Assembly (NCBI GenBank): GCA_964510945.1
Contig: CAZEED010000006.1
Span: forward strand, 1 to 54,510
Length of the DNA stretch: 54,510 nucleotides
Reading direction: 5' to 3'
Source: an uncultured Candidatus Saccharibacteria bacterium
GTDB taxonomy: Bacteria; Patescibacteriota; Saccharimonadia; Saccharimonadales; JAGQNJ01
The number at the start of each line of letters is the position of its first letter. Within the stretch, counting starts at the first letter, position 1. The notes below the pieces were generated by a model. It saw only the letters and a list, made by a program, of their open reading frames with translations, did no database searches and was not told the origin of the DNA. Below are positions 16,818-26,393 of the stretch, piece by piece. The translations under genes were made by a program, and so were the position numbers.

Positions 16818-19800
16818 ATGGGGAGTAAAGACAGGAAATTCCGTATAAATATGAATCTTATTGATAACAAATCTAAAACTTTAAAAGATGCACTTCTAAA
16901 TACGCTAGATTCTTCGGAACAAGTTGATATTTTAACAGGATTCTTTTACTTCTCGGGATTTTCACTAATTGCCGACAAGCTTAAAGATAAGAAAATTAGA
17001 ATCCTAGTTGGTACATCAATTGAAGCTTCTGCGATAGATCAACTACTTGCTGCGCAACAACAAGACCCAGCGATAGATTTAGCAGCTTACGTCCGGAGGA
17101 CGCCCTTAAGTGGTAGAACAGAAAGAAAACAAGAATATGTAGATAGCTTTGTAGGTTTATTCAATAAATCTTCACTATATGATCAAACTTCTGATCAAAA
17201 ATCATACGAACTGTTTGAGAAGAAGCTTCGGGATGGGACTCTGGAAATCAAACTAACTAATATTAAAAACCATGCAAAAACCTACATACTCAAAAATAAA
17301 CCAGAATTTTCACAAGGCGGTGATGCCAAAGGCGTAGTATTTATGGGGTCCAGCAACTTCACGTATCAAGGGCTTGAAGGGCAGGGAGAACTCGACAAAT
17401 CTTTCCGGGATAACTCTGACTTTGATGACTTTCAGCAACATTTTGATGAACTATGGAAATCCTCTGAAGCTATCGACCTCCAGACAAAAGAAAGTAATGA
17501 TGAGTTCATTAATGAAGTAGAGCGGAAAATATGGATACACGCAACACCGGACCCATATAAGATTTACCTGAGAATCCTCCATGAACTTTTCGGCAAAGCA
17601 TCAGATAAGGGCCTTAAGGCCCCTCATGATATTACAAGTGGGCAATTTTCAAATTTGAAGTATCAAATAGATGCAATTAGAGACGGGATTGATTGTGTAA
17701 AGAAGAATGACGGTGTAATAATTGCTGACGTTGTAGGTCTTGGTAAAAGTATTATTGCCTCGGCAATAGCTCACAACTTAGACATGCACCATACAATTAT
17801 CATTGCTCCTCCTCATCTGGTGCCGCAATGGAAAGATTACGTTCAAGAGTTCGGTCTTCGTGGTGCGCTAGTGGAAAGTTCTGGTAAAATCGAAAGTCTA
17901 TACGAGGAATACTCACAGTCAAAAACACCAATATTATTTATTGTTGATGAGGCCCATAGATATAGAAACGAAAGAACATTTGACTACCAGTGGCTACACC
18001 AACTTACTCGTTCACATGTAGATAACAAGGTCATACTTTTGACAGCAACCCCATTTAATAACGCGCCGGGCGATGTTTTTGCCTTAATCAAACTATTCCA
18101 AACACCAAGTCGCTCTACAATTCACTCAGTAGATAATTTGAGTATCAGATTCCGGGATTTGATCAGTGAGTTCACCAAATTAAAGAAGCTCAGAAAATCA
18201 AAAGCTGATGAAGAAAAAGTGAACGAACTCGCAATGAAAATTAGCAACGAGATCCGTCGTCTGATAGAACCGGTGGTGATTCGCCGCTCACGGGTAGATT
18301 TAAGAGACACTAAAGAATATGCAGATGATTTGAAGCGACAGGGAATAGACTTTGCAAAAGTTGTTGGTCCAGAATTAGTTTCTTACGATTTAGGTAAATT
18401 AGCTCCGCTATACCTCGAAACTCTACAAAAAATTCTTGGAGAAGATTCCGAAGAGGGCTTCATAGGTGCAAGGTACAAACCAATGACGTACTTGAAAGAC
18501 GCCGACAAATTCAAAGAGAAATACAGTTTATTATTCGATGATAGTGACCTTAAGACTGCGCAAACTAACCTTGCTCAGTTTATGCGTAGATTACTTGTCA
18601 CAAGATTTGAAAGTTCTAAATTCGCGTTTAGTACGACACTTAGAAATATAATAAAGTCTAATGAAGCAATATTAGCTTGGTGGGAAGAACACGGCAAAGT
18701 ACCAATCCTAAAGAAGGGCAGCCTACCAAGTCCGGAAGATATTGAATTCGATGAAAATGACGACATAGATTCAGTATTAGCAAATCTAGATGTAGATTTT
18801 GAAAAAAGAATCGATCAGTTCAAGAAAAAGGGGGTGTATGTAGATTCTGAATACATCAAGCCAACCTTCATCAATGATGTAAGGGCAGACCTGAAAATTC
18901 TTAAAGAAATCGAGGAAGCTTGGTTTGGCGCTGATAGCATTGATATAGACCCCAAGCTTGATGAGATTGACTCGACTATTAGTAAACTAGTTCACGAAGA
19001 GCCAAAAAGGAAGATCGTAATCTTTTCATCTTATGCCGATACTGCAAGATATGTATACGACACATTAACAGCACGCGGCCATAAAAGAATTATGCTATAT
19101 ACGGGTAGTAGCAGTGCAGAAGAAAAAAGAGCAGTTAGTGCAAACTTTGATGCTAGTTACGGCCCTGATTCGAAAAAGTACAAGAACGACTACGACATAA
19201 TCATTGCCACTGATGCGCTTAGTGAAGGGTTTAATCTTCACCGAGCCGGAGTAGTTATTAATTACGACATTCCATATAACCCTACACGAGTTATTCAAAG
19301 GGTTGGGCGTATAAATCGCATTAATAAAAAAGTATTCGATGAGCTTTATATATACAACTGTTTCCCAACTGCCGTAGGCGAAGCTATTACTGGTACGAAA
19401 GAAATATCGACACTTAAAATGCTACTAATAAGTAACATCGTGGGGAGCGACACTCGAACGCTCACACCTGATGAAGATATTAAAAGCATGTGGCAACGAG
19501 AATTCAAAAAAGCCGATGAGGTTAACAATCAAAAGTCTTGGGACGTCGAACACCGTAACCGCTATAACGCCATTAAACATGATACAAAGTTTTTAGAAGA
19601 AATTCTGAACATACCAGAGAGAACACGAGTTATCCGCAAGAACCAAGCAGAAAAAATAGCGATTTCATTTGCCAAAAAAGGCAGTGGCTCAATGTTTGCT
19701 CTCGCAAAGGATAATGAAGATGCACAAATTACACCTGCGGATATAGTACTTGCTTACTTTGTTGCTGATCCAGGTGAAAAATCAGAAAAAGGTGACGATA

Positions 19801-20168
19801 AGCTCGATAATCGCTTTGCGGTTCTTCGCGATAAGCTAACTGCGCCTTATCCTCAGCCAAGGATTGACGGGGCAAGAGCTGATTCATTAAAGATACTAGA
19901 ATTTCTACAAGAAAAATATCCGTCTCAAAAAGACTATCTTATAGACCTAGCGAATACTATCCGTTCGTATGACGATCTAAGCGATGGTGAAATGAAGTAT
20001 ATAGCACAAATTAAGTTTGAAGATGGTGGTAGTGAAGAGGAACTTAAGCGCGTGGTAGAAGGATTAAAAGAGAAGTTTTCGCTCCACTATATAGGCGTTA
20101 TTAAGCAGCGAGCTGAACGCGGAGAGAATCTCAGTGAGACTATAATGTTCACAGAGGATCTCAGGTAA
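16818..20168 (+). CDS. PLD-family (HKD) nuclease domain fused to an SNF2/SF2 helicase (restriction-type subunit)
   Basis: The N-terminal HKD motif is NHAKTYIL...FMGSSNFT. Helicase motif I is VVGLGKS, II is IVDEAHRYRN, III is LLTATPFNN and VI is QRVGRINR. Confidence 0.85.
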   Translation: MGSKDRKFRINMNLIDNKSKTLKDALLNTLDSSEQVDILTGFFYFSGFSLIADKLKDKKIRILVGTSIEASAIDQLLAAQQQDPAIDLAAYVRRTPLSGRTERKQEYVDSFVGLFNKSSLYDQTSDQKSYELFEKKLRDGTLEIKLTNIKNHAKTYILKNKPEFSQGGDAKGVVFMGSSNFTYQGLEGQGELDKSFRDNSDFDDFQQHFDELWKSSEAIDLQTKESNDEFINEVERKIWIHATPDPYKIYLRILHELFGKASDKGLKAPHDITSGQFSNLKYQIDAIRDGIDCVKKNDGVIIADVVGLGKSIIASAIAHNLDMHHTIIIAPPHLVPQWKDYVQEFGLRGALVESSGKIESLYEEYSQSKTPILFIVDEAHRYRNERTFDYQWLHQLTRSHVDNKVILLTATPFNNAPGDVFALIKLFQTPSRSTIHSVDNLSIRFRDLISEFTKLKKLRKSKADEEKVNELAMKISNEIRRLIEPVVIRRSRVDLRDTKEYADDLKRQGIDFAKVVGPELVSYDLGKLAPLYLETLQKILGEDSEEGFIGARYKPMTYLKDADKFKEKYSLLFDDSDLKTAQTNLAQFMRRLLVTRFESSKFAFSTTLRNIIKSNEAILAWWEEHGKVPILKKGSLPSPEDIEFDENDDIDSVLANLDVDFEKRIDQFKKKGVYVDSEYIKPTFINDVRADLKILKEIEEAWFGADSIDIDPKLDEIDSTISKLVHEEPKRKIVIFSSYADTARYVYDTLTARGHKRIMLYTGSSSAEEKRAVSANFDASYGPDSKKYKNDYDIIIATDALSEGFNLHRAGVVINYDIPYNPTRVIQRVGRINRINKKVFDELYIYNCFPTAVGEAITGTKEISTLKMLLISNIVGSDTRTLTPDEDIKSMWQREFKKADEVNNQKSWDVEHRNRYNAIKHDTKFLEEILNIPERTRVIRKNQAEKIAISFAKKGSGSMFALAKDNEDAQITPADIVLAYFVADPGEKSEKGDDKLDNRFAVLRDKLTAPYPQPRIDGARADSLKILEFLQEKYPSQKDYLIDLANTIRSYDDLSDGEMKYIAQIKFEDGGSEEELKRVVEGLKEKFSLHYIGVIKQRAERGENLSETIMFTEDLR

Positions 20169-23100
20169 TGAGCTTTTTGCAAAGGTCCTACAGTAGGGCG
20201 GATTTCCTGAATTTTGTAAGTAACGATTTCTTACCCGAATTTTCAAATGACAAACGCCCCGTTCGCACTCACGAAAAATCGTTATTAAAAGATGTTCAAA
20301 AACTAGGCGATTCAACGAGCCTAGGCCTGAGTGTATTTGAAGCCGCATGTGATGAATCCGATCACGGAAAAAGAGTTGCTATCACAATGGATGCATTTCG
20401 AATCCTTAGGGATACAGCAACTCGCAATGCATTAATTATTTTTTATTCTAAGGATTCCAGTAAATGGCGACTTTCATTACTCACCAGCAATTTTGAGCTT
20501 GATAGCAAGGGCAAAGTTACATCAAAAATGTCAAACCCTCGACGTTTTTCATATCTCTTGGGTGAAGATGCAAAAACTGTTACACCTCACAAATATCTGG
20601 AAGCAAAGGGTACCGTAAAAGATTTTAATGATTTGCAGTCGAGGTTTGCAGTCGAGGTTGTTAACAACGATTTCTACAAAGAAATTGCCAAGCTCTATGA
20701 TGAACTTGTTGGTACTGACGAAATAACAGGTTCTTTGAGGTATCCTGGGCAAGGGGAAGTCAGCCATCAATTTGCAGTAAGACTAATTGGAAGGGTTATC
20801 TTCTGTTGGTTCTTGCGCGAAAAAAAGAGTGATAAAGGCACACCTCTTATACCTGAAGAAATACTTTCTGGAGGTGCTGCAATAGATGATAATTATTACC
20901 ATAATGTGCTCGCTCCTTTATTTTTCGAAGTATTGAACAAACACGGGAAATCTCGTAGCGAGAAGTTCAGGGAGGGACTCTACGCATCAATCCCTTATCT
21001 CAACGGTGGGTTATTCAACCCTGACTTAGATGACCATTACAAATTTGATAAAGCCCTACAATTATCAGTGCCGGGTCTTGTTGATGTCCCAGATAAATGG
21101 CTACGCTCATTTCTTGATCTACTAGAACTTTATAATTTTACGGTTGACGAAAACACAAGTTACGATGTTGAACTATCAATAGACCCAGAGATGCTAGGGC
21201 GCATTTTTGAAAATCTTCTTGCAAGGATTAATCCCGAAACTGGTGAAACTGTTCGCAAGATGACGGGCAGTTTCTATACTCCCAGAGAAATCGTTGAGTA
21301 CATGGTTGATGAAAGTTTAATACAATATTTGATGACCAAAACTGATATTAATAACAAGAAACTCTCAGCGTTAGTAAGTTACGACCTCACCGATGACGAA
21401 AAACATCCACTAGATGAAAGTGAAAAAAATAAGATTACAGATGCGTTAAGTCAACTTAAGATCCTTGACCCTGCCTGTGGCTCAGGGGCATACCCAATAG
21501 GCATACTTCAAAAAATAGTCTTTATTCTGCAACAAATAGATCCTGACTCTAAGAAATGGATAGAAAAGCAACTATATGGCGCAAGCCCCGAACTCCGTCA
21601 TCACCTAGAGCGTGAATTTGAAAATAATAACTTCAATTACCTAAGAAAATTGGGAGTAATACGTGAAAGTATCTATGGTGTTGATATACAACCTATCGCA
21701 ACAGAAATTTCTAGATTACGTTGTTTTCTTACGTTGATAGTTGACCAGTCTGTTAATGATAGCGATGATAATCGTGGGATAGAACCCTTACCTAACTTAG
21801 ATTTTAAGTTAGTAACTGCTGATAGCTTGCTAAAGCTTCAAGTCGAGGAAGATGCAAACACCCAAACAGGATTATTCGAAGATACCTCAGGAATTGATGA
21901 ACTTAGAAGATTAAGAAATGAATATTTCAGTAGCCACAACCATGAACGAGAAAGCCTAAAACTTCAGTTTGCAGATAGGCAAAACCAAATGCTACAAGAC
22001 ATGATCGCAAGTAACAGCTCGGGTTTTTCGGATTTAACCCAAAAATTGTCAACATGGAAACCATTCAGTCATAAAGTGACTAGCTGGTTTGATCCTGAGT
22101 GGATGTTCGGAGTAGTTGATGGTTTTGATATTGTCATTGCAAACCCGCCCTATGTTCAGCTCTCTAAATCCGAGACAGCCACCGAAGACTACAAAGCAGC
22201 ATTAAGAAAGACTTTTAATACTTCAGCTGGCAGGTTAAATACATTCATATTCTTTATACATTTTGCCATAGATAATCTGAGTGATCACGGAATACTTAGC
22301 TATATAATACCGAACACACTTTTAGCACAGACATATTATAGTGCTACAAGGAAGTACTTATTAGACAAGACAAACCTTAAAGAAATAGTTACTTTTCCAA
22401 AAATGCAATTCGCAAATGCTACAGTAGAAAATATTGTTATATTCTCTACGAAGTCATCAGGTAGTGGAGAGGTTAAGATTACACAACAAAGTAACGGTCA
22501 AATTGAGAAATTGGGTACAAAAAGCATAGAGAAATTTAATGTCTCACCTAGCTACAGTTTTGACATTAATTCTAACAAAGTTATCGACGATGTATTTAAT
22601 AGAAAACATACAGTTTTAGGTGAGTTGTGCATGATCAATCAGGCGATCGCTCTTAAAGGAGATAGGAAAGCCTCACTTGAAAAAAGTAAAATTAATGATG
22701 ATTGCTATCCCGTTTTAGATGGCAGGAATATCGGAAAATATTCTATTAATTGGGGTGGGGAATTCTTAAACTATGACATTAATAAAATACATTCGTGTAA
22801 AAGAAAAGACATTTTTCAGACTAAAGAAAAATTATTCTTTAGAAGAGTTTCTAAGAATTTAATTTTTGCATATGACGACAAGCAATACTTTGGGCTAAAT
22901 ACATTAGTAGTTGTTACAGCAAGGGACAAGTGCCCGGTAAATTTAAAATACTTGCTAGGTTTGTTAAATTCTAAGTTAATAAACTATATATATGAGAATA
23001 AATTTAAGTCCACTAAAACCGTATTCTCTGAAATACAAGCTAGAACAGTAGGGCTGCTACCTATCGTGGTTAGTAGCCAGGATGAAGTAGTCAAAACAGT

Positions 23101-23242
23101 GGAAGAAATTATAAAGATAAAAAACTCAAATCCTGAAGCCGACACTAGTTTCCTAGAGACCAAAATTGATAGAGTTGTATACAATATCTATGATCTCAGC
23201 GAACAAGAAATTAATATCATTGAATCTTATTTCTCAACTTGA
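20168..23242 (+). CDS. gamma-class N6-adenine DNA methyltransferase with a C-terminal specificity region (Eco57I/Type IIG/PglX-like)
   Basis: 1024 aa. FYTPREIVEYMV (motif X), ILDPACGSGAYP (motif I) and VIANPPYVQL (motif IV NPPY). The start overlaps the helicase stop (TAATG). Confidence 0.85.
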   Translation: MSFLQRSYSRADFLNFVSNDFLPEFSNDKRPVRTHEKSLLKDVQKLGDSTSLGLSVFEAACDESDHGKRVAITMDAFRILRDTATRNALIIFYSKDSSKWRLSLLTSNFELDSKGKVTSKMSNPRRFSYLLGEDAKTVTPHKYLEAKGTVKDFNDLQSRFAVEVVNNDFYKEIAKLYDELVGTDEITGSLRYPGQGEVSHQFAVRLIGRVIFCWFLREKKSDKGTPLIPEEILSGGAAIDDNYYHNVLAPLFFEVLNKHGKSRSEKFREGLYASIPYLNGGLFNPDLDDHYKFDKALQLSVPGLVDVPDKWLRSFLDLLELYNFTVDENTSYDVELSIDPEMLGRIFENLLARINPETGETVRKMTGSFYTPREIVEYMVDESLIQYLMTKTDINNKKLSALVSYDLTDDEKHPLDESEKNKITDALSQLKILDPACGSGAYPIGILQKIVFILQQIDPDSKKWIEKQLYGASPELRHHLEREFENNNFNYLRKLGVIRESIYGVDIQPIATEISRLRCFLTLIVDQSVNDSDDNRGIEPLPNLDFKLVTADSLLKLQVEEDANTQTGLFEDTSGIDELRRLRNEYFSSHNHERESLKLQFADRQNQMLQDMIASNSSGFSDLTQKLSTWKPFSHKVTSWFDPEWMFGVVDGFDIVIANPPYVQLSKSETATEDYKAALRKTFNTSAGRLNTFIFFIHFAIDNLSDHGILSYIIPNTLLAQTYYSATRKYLLDKTNLKEIVTFPKMQFANATVENIVIFSTKSSGSGEVKITQQSNGQIEKLGTKSIEKFNVSPSYSFDINSNKVIDDVFNRKHTVLGELCMINQAIALKGDRKASLEKSKINDDCYPVLDGRNIGKYSINWGGEFLNYDINKIHSCKRKDIFQTKEKLFFRRVSKNLIFAYDDKQYFGLNTLVVVTARDKCPVNLKYLLGLLNSKLINYIYENKFKSTKTVFSEIQARTVGLLPIVVSSQDEVVKTVEEIIKIKNSNPEADTSFLETKIDRVVYNIYDLSEQEINIIESYFST

Positions 23243-23628
23243 CCATCTCTTCTTTTATTAGCTTCTTTGTGCTCGAAATATTTCATCATTAGATCTGTCG
23301 TGTCCCTGTCTGATACATTTTGAACATCAAACTTTAATCTCGTAGGTTCTTTGTAAACTGCACTATTATGTTTTAGCCAAAAAACAATCGAACTAAAATG
23401 GTTGTTCTCGATGTTTTGCACCAGTTTCGACTCCGCTAAGTCATTAATGCTTGACCTACTTATATCAAGTGCTTCATCGGTGGCACGATTGAAGTACAGA
23501 TCATCCTTGCGCCAACGGTAATATGTAGCTCTGCTAATCCCGACTTTTTTGCAAGCCGACCCAACGAATGGGTTTGCCTGAAGTAATTCAACTAATTTAG
23601 CTTTGTCTTTTTTTGTGTTCCGGGCCAT
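23227..23628 (-). CDS. HTH protein resembling the phage terminase small subunit / homeodomain-like family
   Basis: 133 aa. GSACKKVGISRATYYRWRKDD is an HTH typical of small terminase-like or transposase-HTH proteins. Overlaps the upstream ParB-MTase gene by 32 nt. Confidence 0.4.
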   Translation of the reverse strand: MARNTKKDKAKLVELLQANPFVGSACKKVGISRATYYRWRKDDLYFNRATDEALDISRSSINDLAESKLVQNIENNHFSSIVFWLKHNSAVYKEPTRLKFDVQNVSDRDTTDLMMKYFEHKEANKRRDGQVEK

Positions 23629-24958
23629 CGATTAGTTTCCTTTTATCACCAGTTAAGTTTTCCCATCGCTTTAAAATCACTTCGGTATAAGTAGGGGACT
23701 TTTCAATCAAATAACAACGCCGTTTGAGCTTCGTTGCGGCGATTAATGTTGATCCAGAGCCTCCAAATGGTTCTATAACTAAATCATTCCTTTTTGTCAG
23801 CACCTTTAGGTAGGGAATAAGTATTTGAATAGGTTTGGTACCAAAAATTACACCTTGCCCAGAATGCATTTCATCACTGGCGTTAAACTCAATGAAATCT
23901 GTTGGCACATACTTACCACCTTTTTTATAGCCCTCCCATTGTGGCGAGCCTGAGGTGGCAAACAAGGCATTTTCGTATTGCTCCTGCAGTAATGCTTCCT
24001 CGTCTTTGGTATTAAGTGAAACATCCCCCGAAGTACCAACCATGGCAATATCGTGTTTTGAGAAAAACTTGTACTTGGCACTAAAGCCTTGGTGGCGATT
24101 GGGCAAGTGCCAGACTAACATATTACGAACCTTCCAGTATTTCTCCATCTCGCTCCAAATAGTGCGTAGGTTTTTCCAGTTCTCGTACACAATGATGGAG
24201 TAGTCAGCTTTGGCATGTTTGGCGACATTGCCCATCCATAGTTCGGTGAAGTTATCGGGCAGGGAATCGGTTTCGAGATACTTGCGGTTTTTCTTAGCGC
24301 CAAAGCCTTCGGTTGGTTTGCCACCACGCTTAGCGTGCAGATAGTCAAGAATGTAGGGCGGGTCAGTAAAGCACATATCTGCTTTCTGATCGCCCATGAG
24401 TTTATCGACGTCTTCAGCTATAGTGCTATCGCCACACAGCAAACGTGATTCACCCAGCTGATATACTTCACCTTTTTGAAGTTCAATTTTATCGATGCCT
24501 AGCTTGTTTAGTTCCTTCTTTAGACTAAACGTATCAGCTTCTTCTTCGTCTTCAATATCAAAAACCTCGTCTATTTCTTCGCTCGTAAACCCCACGTCAT
24601 CAAGTAAAGTCTCGTCAAATTCCTTGAGTAGAGTAAAATCCCAATCACCAAGGTTCTTATTTAACCGAAGATTTAACTCCTTCTCCTTATCAAGATCAGG
24701 TATATTAACGTACACAACCGGTACTTCGGTATATCCAAGATCTTTTGCAACGGCCACCCGAAAATGTCCGCCTATTATGATGTTTTCGCGACCTACTGCT
24801 TGGTTGCAGAGAATTGGGTCGACGAACCCATATCTCTTTATGCTCTCGGCAAGTTGTGCCTTTGCATCTTCGCTCCACTTACGTGGATTATACAAGCTCG
24901 CTTTTAGTTGATTTATTTTTACAGTTTTTATATTTAAGTTAGGCGTACTTATAGCCAT
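23597..24958 (-). CDS. ParB-like nuclease domain fused to a DNA methyltransferase (N4/N6, DPPY type)
   Basis: The N-terminal ParB-N-like segment (NPRKW...IIIGGHFRVAVAK) is followed by CFTDPPYILDY and a C-terminal EPFGGSGSTLIAA SAM-binding motif. The start is taken at ATG 24956-24958, preceded by AGGAGG; the ORF-track start is 25036. Confidence 0.85.
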   Translation of the reverse strand: MAISTPNLNIKTVKINQLKASLYNPRKWSEDAKAQLAESIKRYGFVDPILCNQAVGRENIIIGGHFRVAVAKDLGYTEVPVVYVNIPDLDKEKELNLRLNKNLGDWDFTLLKEFDETLLDDVGFTSEEIDEVFDIEDEEEADTFSLKKELNKLGIDKIELQKGEVYQLGESRLLCGDSTIAEDVDKLMGDQKADMCFTDPPYILDYLHAKRGGKPTEGFGAKKNRKYLETDSLPDNFTELWMGNVAKHAKADYSIIVYENWKNLRTIWSEMEKYWKVRNMLVWHLPNRHQGFSAKYKFFSKHDIAMVGTSGDVSLNTKDEEALLQEQYENALFATSGSPQWEGYKKGGKYVPTDFIEFNASDEMHSGQGVIFGTKPIQILIPYLKVLTKRNDLVIEPFGGSGSTLIAATKLKRRCYLIEKSPTYTEVILKRWENLTGDKRKLIDGPEHKKRQS

Positions 24959-25247
24959 AATGTTCCTCCTATTACTGGAGGTGGCCAACTTGAAGCAAAT
25001 AAAAATTCGCCCACGAGTTAACCACAATACCAGCAAAAATTAGATTTAATTTTTTGGCTATACGCCTTAGCGGTCAACTTCACGAAGCGCTTATATTTGC
25101 GTACTTATTCGCTAATTGATAATTACATTCAAGCACTAGTAGTTTTAACTGTCAAATCAGAGGTTAATCTAAAATGTACGAAAACGGGATTCTAGCCACT
25201 TTCTAGACATTTTTGGAACACGAAGGTACTATTTTACAACAATTAGA

Positions 25248-26354
25248 CTATTGCTCGACATAAGCTTTAAGCTTGCTCTCAAATGCGGGAATGTCTTCTG
25301 TGAAAATTCTATGTAAATCATTTTTAATCGCAGTTTCACCCTTCTGATAGTCAACTCGCCAACCAATTGCATTGAACCATTGCCATTCAGGTTTCTTTGG
25401 CTTCTTACCGACAAAGTCCATTACTTTTTGCTGACCTATATTCTGAACCTCATTAACGCCATTGCCGTTTAATTCTAATGCTACTTGCACCCAACCTGTT
25501 TTATCTGTGCGAATCTCGTAATAATATGCGTTGCCATTTTTCCAACCACTCAAATTATCATCTCGATGCGGAATAATGCGGTCGATCGTTGGGGTCGTAA
25601 ACCTGGCATAAGATTTGGTCGTGTTATTAAGATCAAATTGAATATTTGTCAATTTCCATTCGTTGACCCAGTTAACAATCTTTTGGTTATCAAATCTTTG
25701 TGAGTCATCTTGTGTTTTGACTTCTTTTTTAACTTCAGAGCCATAAAGCTTAGGAATAATAATTTCAAACTCATCATGTTTGTAATACTGAAGATCGACA
25801 GCATAAACATCGAATCGACTATTCTGATTCACGTAAGTTATAAGATCCTTTAGTCTATCGTCGACAGTATCCATTAAGATGACGAACTTAATGTTGCCAT
25901 TCAATACATTTTTAGACATGGTGTCGATAATAATCTGGCTATCGTCTACCTCGAAGAAATCTTGGATTTTTTCAGATAGTGAAGTGCTAAATTGCAGCTT
26001 AACTTTTGCTTCAAGCGAATCAATAAAATCCGAAGCATCTCCACTATGTCGCCACAGTGATGCACCGTAGTCCAAAGCCTGCGCCAGAACGGTCCTTTTA
26101 TCTGGATTTTTGTATAGTTTAGTTTCAATAACATAGATATTGCCGTCTTGATCAACGCCAAGTGCATCAATAGGTCCACTATTTGTAGGGAACTCCCTGG
26201 TAAGTACTAGTAATCTTGCGTCTTCTGAAATTTCGTAAATCGGGATGATGTCTGGATTATTCTTTACGTATTCCTGGAGTTTATCTTCAAGACCGAATCG
26301 TGTTTCTTCAATTTTTTGAGCATTATTGCCATTTTTAGAAATTATTATCGCCAT
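25248..26354 (-). CDS. PD-(D/E)xK nuclease-like (NucS/DUF91-like) N-terminal domain protein with an uncharacterised C-terminal domain
   Basis: 368 aa. GPIDALGVDQDGNIYVIETKLYKNPDKR fits the D...ExK nuclease core. The C-terminal half is Trp-rich (possibly DUF4268-like). Confidence 0.5.
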   Translation of the reverse strand: MAIIISKNGNNAQKIEETRFGLEDKLQEYVKNNPDIIPIYEISEDARLLVLTREFPTNSGPIDALGVDQDGNIYVIETKLYKNPDKRTVLAQALDYGASLWRHSGDASDFIDSLEAKVKLQFSTSLSEKIQDFFEVDDSQIIIDTMSKNVLNGNIKFVILMDTVDDRLKDLITYVNQNSRFDVYAVDLQYYKHDEFEIIIPKLYGSEVKKEVKTQDDSQRFDNQKIVNWVNEWKLTNIQFDLNNTTKSYARFTTPTIDRIIPHRDDNLSGWKNGNAYYYEIRTDKTGWVQVALELNGNGVNEVQNIGQQKVMDFVGKKPKKPEWQWFNAIGWRVDYQKGETAIKNDLHRIFTEDIPAFESKLKAYVEQ

Positions 26355-26393
26355 AGTTATATTGTAACGGAATAATCACGTCACTTACAGGAG

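Noticed and set aside
16818-23242. BREX or DISARM system
   Set aside because: No PglZ, BrxC or BrxL, and no DrmA or DrmB (DUF1998) candidates lie nearby. Only the helicase-PLD and MTase genes are present, so it is reported as a two-gene restriction-type module instead.
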